Shown: piece after piece, positions 42,563 through 53,623 of the stretch | How the letters are laid out: each line of letters starts with the position of its first letter | How positions within the stretch are numbered: position 1 is the first letter of the stretch | Program-made: the position numbers and the translations under genes | Assembly: GCA_977017575.1 (NCBI GenBank) | Contig: CDRNVI010000075.1 | Coordinates: 1 to 64,000 of the forward strand | DNA: 64,000 nt | Direction: 5' to 3' | Source of the DNA: Paramoeba atlantica | Taxonomy: Eukaryota > Protista > Discosea | Notes under the pieces: model-generated | The model's database searches: none | Told to the model about the DNA's origin: nothing | Seen by the model: the letters and a program-made list of their open reading frames with translations, nothing else

Positions 42563-44418
42563 GGCCTTTATTACCTTCGTAGTGACGAATTACAAAATAG
42601 CATATTATTTTTTTACAGAATATTTTTCTATTCTTTTTCCTTCTAGGTGGGTAGTTTTGTTCGCGAGGAAGAAGGGAAAAGTATTACCGTAAGTTATCTT
42701 TCTGGAAACTACAAGTTGCCGAATCCTAAAGTCAAGTACACACGTATTGAAATTGTTCAAAGTGAACCAGCGATGCCTGATCGGTTAGAGCAAGCTGTTG
42801 ACAACACCGAATCAACTCCAAATGATCAAGATGACTTTAAGATTAGAGATGTTCGGACTTGGAACAAATATTTAATGACAAACAGCGAATTTGGTGTTGA
42901 TTTCTTGATTATACGCGTACAAACTGCTCTAGCGCTGCCTTCACCGTTGCCAAACAATTTGCGTCCAATGTGGGAAGTGCTTGTAGAGTGGATGAACGAC
43001 ATGAAAGGAAGAGGCGGAATCGACCAGGAAAACGTGCCCCAAGTCCGGACTGGACAACGTGCTCTCGACGACCTTCGTATGCAACAAGGAGTTTATCGTG
43101 GTGCGGACCCCAATTACCTCCGAATGATTTATCAAGCTCAAAACGATCCGGAAGACGTCATTGGAAATGGAATACACCACAGTATTAACGTGCAGAAACG
43201 TCGACAAGGACCCTACAGTCGGGGAACATCGCGCGGGCTTGGCTACTTTTCACGTTCTCGAGGTCGGAGTCAAGGGCGAAGCTATGGTACACCAAGTTCA
43301 GGCGCAGTTCCCAACGCCAGTAGTGCGTCAGCGTCCTCGGATTTTCCACGAGGGGGCGCTGGCCATCGAATGTGACTCAAAAGAGTCCACCCCCATATCA
43401 GCCAGTTACAAAAAAGCGTAAATCCAAAAGTACGTATTCCGTTTCCAATAAAAATAGCAATACAGAAAAAAATAGAAAAACAACAAAGCAAGTTAGTAGT
43501 AGTGCATTCATTGAAAACAAATCAAGTGGGCAAAGTGCAGAAGACGCAGACAAAAAAAGTCGTCCTCAAACAAAGTCCCTCAGTAAAAGCAAATTACGAA
43601 AGGGCCAGATCAGTAAAACTCAATCGAACAATGACAACAAAATCAAGTACGAATCGCCAGAACCAATCGATACAGCAAAAATTTTCAAACACGAGCATCC
43701 CATCGCATCAGAGACAACAGTGCCCATCTTCGACATCAGGAAGAGTTTCCAAACGTGGTATGATGAAGCTACCCGAAACATCGGCAAAAAATCATATTAC
43801 AAAAAATATTTCGGATTACTCATCCGGAAATTATCACCAACCTACAGGGTATGTGGGAAAAATGCACTTGGGACACGAGGGCACGATTGGTCTCGGATAT
43901 GGTACGTCGGAAGTTGCCGTTAACCGACCAGGGCGTAGTCCTATATATAGTACGTATTCATACTACCATCCAGACAAAACTGATCTATTTGCGTCACCTA
44001 ATCGCCATTTTGCGCCGTATGAGACGATCAACTACGCAGACAGAAATGTATTCCAAAACTTTGATCCGCAGGGGGGCTACCATCCCGGGTCGACAAGCAT
44101 CCCCTCTTACACGGGCTGCTTTGGAGAAGGTAACACGACAGATGTCCGAGGAAAAGGCTGCTATAGTCCATATTGCTTTCAAAACGGCCTCCCGGTTGGG
44201 CGAAGTTTCCAAACTGAAGAGAAAAGATTTTATCACCCTTACCCCCAACAGGATTGTGATCAATTGGGGATGCAAGACCAAAACCACCCGGGAGCAACCC
44301 TTTCGACCGGACAATTTGGTAGTCATCGAGGGACGGAGTACAAACCGTATTTACAATTATATCAAACATATCCCGCCCAACCAGCGCATCAGCAATTTGA
44401 CTACCCAACAAGTAACAA

Positions 44419-45716
44419 TTTCAGTCGTCTGAATATGTCCTTGTGTTTGTCGACTCGCTGTAGTAACTTCTCACTTATCGTTTCCTCCTTCCCTATAAAC
44501 GCTCCAAGAATTTTGGTCGCATCTTCTTCATTCCGGACCCCCACTTCCTTCAAGCTCGTTGGCATCTCTGTACCTTGCAGTCCGCCGAACCATACACATT
44601 TCTGAGCGGAGAGCTCAATGCTGCTCTCTGCCAGTAATGCTTTCAGGCGTTCAAACGCTTTTGCTATCTCGGAAGGCGTATGTGACGTGAGATTGATGTC
44701 GTCTATGTATGCATGGATTTCGATCTCTGGATGTTCAGCTGCCAGGGTTTCGAGGATCGGTTGGAGATATGCACAAAAATACAGCGTCGAAAGTGGCGAA
44801 CCTTGTCGTACTCCGGCTTCGCTAAGAACTTTTCCTGCGAGCGTGCCCTCACTTCCATAAAACAGCAATTCAGAGGCTTCAGCATACTCGGCTAGGAAGA
44901 AACGTTGAAAGGGCTGAAGAGTTGAGAGTCCGAATACATGTTTCGCGATGTCGGCCCGTGACGGTGAGTTGAAAGCATTTTTTAGATCAACCGAGAGGAT
45001 CGACTGACCTTCGCAGTACCGTTCATGCAGCGTGTGGACAATTTTTTCGCAACCTGCCTTTGCCATAATACCTTGTTGCATAGGGGCGAATAGCGCGTTT
45101 TCGTACCTTTGGAACAAGACTATGCCGGCTAGCTTTCCAGACACTTCGCCCATCGCAACTGGACGAACTCCCCCGTCAGAGCATTCGACCTTTGTCAGTC
45201 AGTCAGAGCATTCGACTTTTGTCGAATGATGGGGCGTAGCGACCCCAGCTTCCCTAGCTAACTCACCCGGCGTCGCACAACAAGACGCTACATACCTAGG
45301 GTGGGTACGATCAAGGCCCCGCGGATGACACTACCCGGTGCCAGCAAAACAAGGCACAAAATAACTAGGGTAACGGTCACCCAGACATCGCAGCGTGAGA
45401 ATGACACCGCCCGGTACCGGATATAACAAGGTACTAAGGAACTAGGGTGGGTGTCATTCAGCATAATCTTTGGAGTGTGTTGTCTTTTTTCACTTCAAAA
45501 GAAGTGTTTTTTTCATAAAGAAGATCTTGTAGTATATGAAAGGGGTTAAAAAAAAAGATAAGCTGGCTGCTCGCGCTCGATCTGGTGAAATCTTCGGATT
45601 TGACTTGCGTGCTGCGTGGCACAGCTCCTAGCAAGCGATAAGGGGGGGCTTGTTCTAGGGAGGTAACATCTCCTCGGAGATATAATGCCTAAAAAAAAAT
45701 CAAAAATCAAATCAAA
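44419..45716 (+). mobile_element. Composite retroposed insert: inverted family B RT fragment (~44419..45225, minus strand), structured RNA segments and A-rich tail
   Basis: Flanked by a 12-bp direct repeat, AACAAGTAACAA (44407-44418 and 45717-45728). Removing the insert restores the YR frame. Confidence 0.85.
45261..45459 (+). ncRNA. Three tandem covarying hairpins, unknown RNA motif
   Basis: Units share CCCGG, a loop ending ACAA, a 7-nt spacer and CTAGGGT. Inner stems covary and the G-U pairs favour the + strand. Confidence 0.6.
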
Positions 45717-48199
45717 AACAAGTAACAAAGGTTTTGAAAACACATTTGGGAACAGGGTTTACCTCCCACTCTCTCAAACATGGGGCAATATCAGGATTGA
45801 TGAGCCAAGTTGCTCAGGGCGACCTTACCATGGAGGAAGTAATGCGTTTAGCACATCATCGACAACTAACGACGCTGATACGGTATGCTGGCGCAAGCGA
45901 AAATACCGCTTTGGCTCTCGGCACACAAAAGGCGACACGATGCCTTTGATGAATATTGAAAATCTTGCTACGGGAGATTGGTGCACGGTCGGAGGCTTGC
46001 CTTTACCTGGTCGAAAACGTACTTTAACACGCATACATCGACGAACGACGCTGCCGACAATACAAGAGAGGGACGCATACCCCCTACATGCATCGGCCGT
46101 GCATCCTATAAATTTGCAACGGGTACGTCAGTTAATGAATGATGAAACAAGGGCTAGGTTTGATGAACTATGGGGTACTCTAACAGAACCGAAAATTGAA
46201 CTTAATCAATCTACAATGCAACCGGTGTCCAAGACTACTTTGTCCATCCCAGATCTATACAAACTGGTTGAATGCGGAATAATTTCGAAGGTGGATGAAC
46301 AAACGCTGAAAGATAACCCCACACGAGGATTGGTTGTTCCATTTACTACGGTAGAAGAGCGAGAAGACGGTATGCGGCGAAGGTTCATCTGTTGGCCATG
46401 TGAACACAATGCCACTCTTCAAAATCAGTATACACCACAAGTTCCTATCACGCAACCAGTATTCTATGTTGATGCCTTAAAACATGAGCAAGCAATTAAA
46501 AGAGATCTTAAATGTAGCTTTTTTCAGTTGGAGCTGCCACAAAAAGCGCGGGCATACTACCGTTTTCTATACCAGGGCAGAGTCTATGAATTAAATCGAA
46601 TGCCGATGGGTCACATGTGTGCCCCAGAGATCCAACAAACCGTCACTTCGGTTATAGCGGGACATGCAACATATTGCAACAACAGTGCAGCGAATATTCG
46701 GCTTGGACAGGAAGGAGATTTGGACATTTATGTCGACGGAATACGTTTTAGTGGTACAGCGACAGCATGTAAGGAGTACGAAACATGGCTCGAAGGTCGC
46801 GCCCATGAAATTCAAGCTACTTTCAAAGAATCGGAGTCGATACGGGGCACAGCATATTCGTTTGTCGGTATCGAGTTTGATCACGATCAAGGCCAATATC
46901 GTCTCACCTCTAAGTTTATCAAAAAAATTCCTCACATATTACCAAAAGAACTTCCGCTACACGCATTAGAGTCACTGAGCGCACGTTTGATTTACGGATC
47001 CGGAGTTTTGAAAATTAATATGCCTCGATATTATTGGGCCGTAAAGTTTGTTCGCCGACAGCTGTCCAAATTAAATAGGGGAATGATAACAGATGTCGAA
47101 AAAGTATGCATTCCTGTTAGCGTTTATAACGATCTTCAAATGTGGGTCAACGAGGTTAGGGCTAATCGGTGGTATAGTTATGATGCGCGATCGATATTAA
47201 AAACTGCTGTGATGTACACCGATGCTTCTCAAGCTGGATGGGGAGCCGTATTATTTACACCACTAGGCGAAGTCCTCGGGACGGGAGCTGCTTCGACAGA
47301 ACCAATTGAGATTAATAGAGGAGAAGCACTAGCTGTTCATCACGCCCTCCAAGCCTTCATGAAGCAGTGGCAAGGAATTGAAAAAATTCAGTTGATGATT
47401 GACAACACAAGTGTTGTCGCAGCTCTGCGCAAACGTTGGGCAGAATCTCCGGCTCTGGCAGAAGTATTGTAAAAATCTTTTGCCGATCTTTTCAAAACTG
47501 AATATACAGAAAGAGGTGTTATACGTCCCAACACAGGAAAACCTGGCCGATCCCTGGAGCCGAAATCAGTTTGGTACTTGGCGACAGGGTTGAATACTTG
47601 CGAGGGGGTGGGTGCCGGCGAACACCCACTCGTAAGTCAACTAGATTTCAAGTAATAAAAAATTTTCTCTTCAAAGTTAGCGTAAACAACATACCTTTCA
47701 TCAAAGAACGAATATGTAGTAGCATTTACTCAATTCATATAGCATAGAAACTTTACGTCTTTCTTCTTACAAATGTGGAGATAAAATAGCAGAGAGCATA
47801 CCCGGAGAGGAATTATGAAAGTTTACGAAAGTAATTCATCGGAGTGGTTAAAAATTTGTTTAGTATGTTGTCTTTATTACCTTCGTAGTGACGAATTACA
47901 AAATAGCATATTATTTTTTTACAGAATATTTTTCTATTCTTTTTCCTTCTAGGTGGGTAGTTTTGTTCGCGCCCGCCCACCTCCCCACACCGTGTGCCGG
48001 CGAACACCCACTCGTAAGTCAACTAGATTTCAAGTAATAAAAAATTTTCTCTTCAAAGTTAGCGTAAACAACATACCTTTCATCAAAGAACGAATATGTA
48101 GTAGCATTTACTCAATTCATATAGCATAGAAACTTTACGTCTTTCTTCTTACAAATGTGGAGATAAAATAGCAGAGAGCATACCCGGAGAGGAATTATG

Positions 48200-49186
48200 C
48201 AATGGAATTCGTTTGCTGCATATGTTCATAAAGTCGCTCCACTTCTTTTTGATCCGGATGAGGCTGGATTCTGGAACGTGTGACAGAAGCGCTCCCGAAG
48301 GAGGTACGTCCACTGGCGTTGGGGCAGTAGGTTCATCGTTCAGAAATTCTTCGGGGGCGTCTAGTGGCGTAGGTGCATTGATTTGTGTGGTGCAAACGGT
48401 GTGGTGTAATTGCTCGTGCAGTCTAGTAGCGCAGTCCTCTGCCTTCTTCGTTTCTTCTGCCTTTCGGCGAGCCGTTTCTTCTGCCTTCAGTCTTCTGCGT
48501 CGTTGCCCGTTAGTTTCATCCACGATGACAGCGGAGGGGTTAAGAGGACGCAATATTTCTTCATCTGTGATCGTGCGATTGTACTCTGGTGTTTCGGATT
48601 GGCAGCGGAGAGGGGGGGGCAGTGGCAGTGGTGATGGCGACGGATGCGATCTCATTGGCGAAAAGTGTGATGGTGGGAGTGATGTCGCTAATGGGGGAAA
48701 TCGAAGAGCGTAGGGGGATGACGGCTCGGCTGTCATTCTGAGGGCTCGTGCTCGCGCTTTTCGGGAGAAGGTGTGCATGCTGGGTCTTGAGGCTGGCGGG
48801 GAAGTCGGCGGAGACGAGATGTTTTGGAGGTGGACGTAAGATCGCCCCGGAGACTGCTGTGGAGGAGTCTGCGGTGTAGATTGTGGTTGCGCAGGTGTAA
48901 GGGCAGCGGGAGGAGAAAATGCCGTAGATGGCGCAGTACCGGGGGGGGAAGGAGGCGACGCAATAGGTGGAGCAGTACCGGGAGGGGAAGGATTCTGAGC
49001 AACAGATGGCACAGCGGAAGATGGTGCAGCAGACGGCGCGGCGGATGGCGGTGCAGCAGGTTGCGCCGGGGTCCGCGGAGGTGGTGGCTCCTGTGGGGGT
49101 TTCTTCTTCCGGCGTGTGGGGGGAAGCGTCTGGATAACAGGGGCTACCCCCGTATCCTTCGCCTTGGCACGCGTCAGCATGCCCAT
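48200..49186 (-). pseudogene. Family B RLE N-terminal Pro-rich fragment
   Basis: MGMLTRAKAKDTGVAP is homologous to MGVVTRSKAKESGVAP at 24491. The fragment is cut by the YR-4 end. Confidence 0.75.
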
Positions 49187-49289
49187 TTAATAAAATTTAA
49201 TACAAATAATATCAACACAACAAGCTTCGGTGTGATCAACAATCAGCTTCGGTGTGATCAGCTTCGGTCAACAATCAGCTTCGGTGTGA

Positions 49290-49924
49290 TCAAGATCATG
49301 TCTGTCTTTGTCTTCTGTGGAATTCGTTTCCCCCGCGTTTCTCCTTGGCTCATCAAGCCAGCGTATCGAATGAATTCGCACGTTGGGATTCGGCGGAATA
49401 AACCCCTCAAATTTGGTTCCAGATTTGTGCCCTTCCACGCCTTCATATAATATGGCTATTCTACCGGCTCCCGCCCGTTTCTTGACTGATTTCACCACAC
49501 CCCTCGATATATTTAATTGTGTGGAATCGCTAAAACACCACGCCACCAGGCAACCATCACCGCGCTTCGAAATTTTTGATTGATCCCAAACGAGGTCTGG
49601 TGCCATAGGGAAATGTCGAGCCGAATCTATCGTTCCTTTCCACGTCTCTATTATTCTCGCTTCTTCAGCTAATCCGGCCGGGGGTGCTTCAACTGCGGTT
49701 TCAATGGTCGTGTTTGTTTGTTCACTATCTTCGACCTCCGATTCCCCAGCAGCATTGAAAACCGGAATCACATTATGGCTGATGCTCCCTCCAGCGCGTG
49801 TCGGGATTTCGTCGGGCGTAATACAGTCGGCAAAGGTCTGATCCTGTGTATCTGACTCCTTCGTCTCTCCTCTCATGCTCGGCGCTGGAGTCTCAATGCT
49901 TTTGACCACGGAGGATGTAGCCAA
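49290..49924 (-). pseudogene. Family B RLE N-terminal beta-barrel fragment
   Basis: GDGCLVAWCFSDSTQLNISRGVV...IPPNPNVRIHSIRW is closely homologous to the 57687..58868 ORF. Confidence 0.8.
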
Positions 49925-50228
49925 ATCCGACGAAGTGGGCGATGGGGCGCTGAATTGCTTTTCTTGAGCTTTTTTTTTTTTTTTGCAAATAATAAGGGGG
50001 GAGAAGTATGAATCGCGGCATTGCCTCTATATTTTTTTTTTTGAAAGAGGAAGAAAGAGGAAGAAAGTCTTGTTTAGACACGTTTAGACGGGCGAGACGT
50101 GATCTCCTTTACCCCCCATTATCTTCCCTCTACCTTATATCCCATACCGTAAACTTATAATAGCTATATTAATAATACTTTTTTTTTTTTCCTCAAGTTT
50201 CCAAGGTTTTTGTTTTTAATGTCAAATT

Positions 50229-51125
50229 CTAGAGGCCCATGTTTTGTGAATCGTCATTAGATAAATAATTTCTCAGCTGAGAGAATACAATGGACCCATT
50301 TAACTCCTGCAGGCACAGAGAAAATTCGTTCAGTGTTCGGACCCTATCAAGTCCGCTGCAGTCCGCCAACGTATGCAACAAGTGCCGGAGCCCGTGATGC
50401 ATAGCACCACCGGAGAGGACTGGGAGGCATACGAAACGCTCTTGTGGTATCATCCCGGAAGCCACGTATGTGCTGTGCTTGCGCGTAATGGCCTCTCTCA
50501 TCAGGGTACCGCTACGTTTCCGTGCATTAGTGGGCGCCAGCTCGTGAATTATTGTTAGGTCATAAAAGATTTCCCCAGTTGCCCAATGTATTACAATGTC
50601 AGGTCCTGACCGATGGAGGCTCGCATTTCTACAAACTTTTTGATGATCACTTTTTCGCCATTGTGGGAACGATTCCCCGCATGTAGAGCATTTATAAGAA
50701 GTAAACTGTCGAGGTTCCCTTTCGCATGGCACACCCGCCTTCATGCACAGTTCATAGATAATACGCACCAGATTATTATGTTTCATTGTTGTATTATTTC
50801 CGGAACACTGGACGCATCCAGCTATGTGCGAAAAGGCTGATGAAGAATCCAGAAGGGTGCGACATCCTGGGCATTGCAGACTTTCGGGAATACGAGGCTC
50901 CCCTACGTAGGCTCCTAATGTTTTGACTGCCTTCTCCGCTATCTGAACGCCTTCATTCGCTAGACTTTCGGGTAGGCGAATATTGTTCAGACCGCTAAAC
51001 CATACACACTTTTGAGGGGCAAGGCAGATTTCTTTGCTTAGAAGAAGTTCTTTAAGGCGAACATAGGCAGCTGCAACAAGATCTTCCTCAGTTGACGCAA
51101 TATTGATATCATCAACATTTTTATA
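50229..51125 (-). pseudogene. Family B RLE fragment with internal deletion
   Basis: VDDINI...GAYVGE is fused directly to PESLQCPGC; the RLE C-terminus is complete. Confidence 0.82.
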
Positions 51126-51460
51126 ATATATCACTATGTTAGCGGGTTGCACCCGCCAAACCCGGCGGCTATAGGATGGGGGTTTGGTGGGTGGGACAAA
51201 AAACGTTTTTTTTTTTTTTTTTTTTTGAAACGCGGCATTGCCTCTATATTACCCAATACATGAACCATGAAGGTCCATTGGGGGGGGTATATGATTTGTA
51301 AACAAGCAATCAAATTAGCAATTTCACATGCTGTAGCCCAAAACTAGTAATTCAACCTGCCTTAAGTTATTTATGATTCTGATAACAATAATAATATTTT
51401 TTTTTTTTTTTGGGGGGGATATACGAGTTGAAAACAAGCAATCAAATTAGCAATTTTATA

Positions 51461-51872
51461 TTGTTTTTATGCAAATAAAGAAAATTTTTCTCTCTCTTTC
51501 TCCTCTTTCTCACCTCTTGACATACTTTTCCCACCTTTCTCCCTACTTTCCTGCTTTCCCCTACCCAACTTTTCAACTTTTCAGGGGGGGTAAAGTCTCC
51601 CTCAGCTTCGCCTCACCCGGCCTGCAGGCGGCTCCTCAACCATTCGCGCGTTCCGGACCGGGTCTTTCGACCTCTCCACGGCCTGACTTGTGGACCCTTC
51701 CCTTGTTATACGGGAGGGCGCAGGCGCGGGCCTGTGTCGACAGCGACACGGTCGCGAAACAGGATGCTGGCCGACGGGGAGGAGATTCACTACCCGTGTA
51801 CTACCTCACTTGGGGTACCTAGCCCAGACGGACTAGGCGTGAGCATAGACTCTGTCGACTCGACCAGCATCC
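51461..51872 (-). repeat. GC-rich structured repeat, copy 2
   Basis: Inverted near-identical copy of 12592..13003. Confidence 0.88.
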
Positions 51873-52136
51873 GGGCCAGAGGCATGTGGCCCTGCGCATG
51901 GCGTCTTCGCCATGCCCCTAAGCGCCTTCAAGGGGGGTTTCTTTTCTTTTTTTTTTTTTTTTTTGCAATTAATAGGGGGGAAGAGTATGAGTTCTAACTT
52001 TCTATGAATGTACGGTATCAGTATTTTTTTTTTTATTCAAATTTATCTCTATAAATCAATCTACAACAAATCACTCTATTTGACGAAACCAAACCAAAGA
52101 AAAGAAAAAGACAAAAAAAAAAGAATGCATCACCCT

Positions 52137-53384
52137 CTAATTCAGGAGCAGAGGTGGATCCGGGTCATCTTCTGCCATCCGCGCCACCATCATACGAGCC
52201 TGAGCTCGCATTAAAGTGACATTCAAGTCACGGATGAGATTTGCCGTCGCCGTTCCCCTGTCCATCGTCCCTTGGGACGTAGCAGAGCGCCACGCTCCAA
52301 CCTTCTTAAGCACAGCGAGGGCGCTGTCGGACCACGAGCCATAGGAGCCTACGACCATGGCCGCGAAGTCGTGCCCAGCAGTCTCGGCGTCCCGTCGCTG
52401 CACCTGCTTATGGCTTGTGGCATAGCTCTCGGCGAATGATCCCGCCGTCACCCCGTTAGCGTTACGGACGAGGTCCGCGTATTTGGGTTGCTGAACGTGG
52501 GTAACGGCAAAATCAAGCACCAGAGACTTGCCTAAGCCAATGCTGGGCAAAACGACATCAACAGGCCTCGTGGGCGCTCCAGCGGGACCGCGATTGCCAA
52601 GACTTACCTCCCGTTGGGGGGCGAGGTGCGCCTTACTGCAGAAATCGACAAATTGACACGCCAGCGCGTTGTGGCGCGTCATGATGCCATGTCCACACTT
52701 ACAGGACACGGCATGGTCGCCTTTTGGTCCCAACGGTTGCTGACACCTCCCCATAGGACAGGGCCGCGTTCCGGGGTAAATGTCTGCTCCCAACCACCAG
52801 CGGGACAAGGCGCGAAACTCAGTAGGAGTGTAAGAGTATCCTCTCTCCTTGGAGGGAATAACGAATGCCCAACTCGCGGCCCCTCTCCCAGTTTGCGAAA
52901 TCAAACGTGCGCGTGTGTTGAAGTCTGCTGCCTCATATGCTGAAGAAAATTCCCGGTCGCCTATCTCGCGACAAAGGTGTTTCTGTCGCGGGATAATCAG
53001 CTTTTCATTCATCCCGGCATCTAGGCTGTGATCATGGTGTGCATTGAGAGGGTTGGTTGATGCGTTATAATCTTTGTGGATTAGTGCCTCTTGTATTTTG
53101 CCGGTTGTCGAATCCACCAAAGTCTTTCCCGCCTGGCGGTTAACACGCTCCACTGCCTCGGAAAACCATTTCGCCTCGGACGGTGCCCAGTCATCTTGAG
53201 AACCCGCAAAGGCTGCTGAAGAGACATAAGCTGCAGATGAATGTATAACGGAGGATCTTAGGCCAAAACCACCGTGTCTCTTGTCGCGTTGGATTTGTGC
53301 TCGTGCCGGGGCGTCTAGAGGACAGAGTATAAGCTCCGTAGCGCGGAGCACGGCGTTATCAAGCCTCTGACAGAGGTCTACCAT
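52137..53384 (-). pseudogene. Family A RLE 3' fragment, with 3'UTR and poly(A) to ~51945
   Basis: Colinear with the C-terminal third of 8575..12549 (GGFGLRS, EFRALSRWWLG, TRP.DV, LDFAVTHVQQPKY). Confidence 0.87.
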
Positions 53385-53623
53385 GTATTTTGGTGGCGTT
53401 TTTTTTTTTTTTTTTTTTTCAAGTCACTGGCCACATCTCCGTGTGCTAAAGGACAAATTCGGGGCATTGCGAAATCTCAGAAGACGCGACAGAAAACCAA
53501 TTCTTTTCGTAAACTTTTATAGTTTTTTTTTTTCATTCTTATATTATATGTTCTTAGATTCTCAGCGTTAGATTCTCAGCGAATTGAAATCAGTGCACTG
53601 GCGAAGGCGCATTGTTCCGTGCT

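Larger units (their letters stand above)
42566..48199 (+). mobile_element. YR-4: gag(part)-YR-RT/RNase H element with split direct repeats, interrupted at 44419..45716
   Basis: A1 remnant 42566..42665, B1 47612..47817, A2 47818..47971, B2 47994..48199. gag 42647..43375; YR 43851..44418 plus 45729..45949; RT/RH to ~47593 with YVDG and YTDAS. Confidence 0.9.

Noticed and set aside
45284-45445. Helitron 3' ends (hairpin followed by CTAG)
   Set aside because: CTAG is followed by G rather than T and is embedded in a conserved outer stem; there is no Rep/helicase or TC start.
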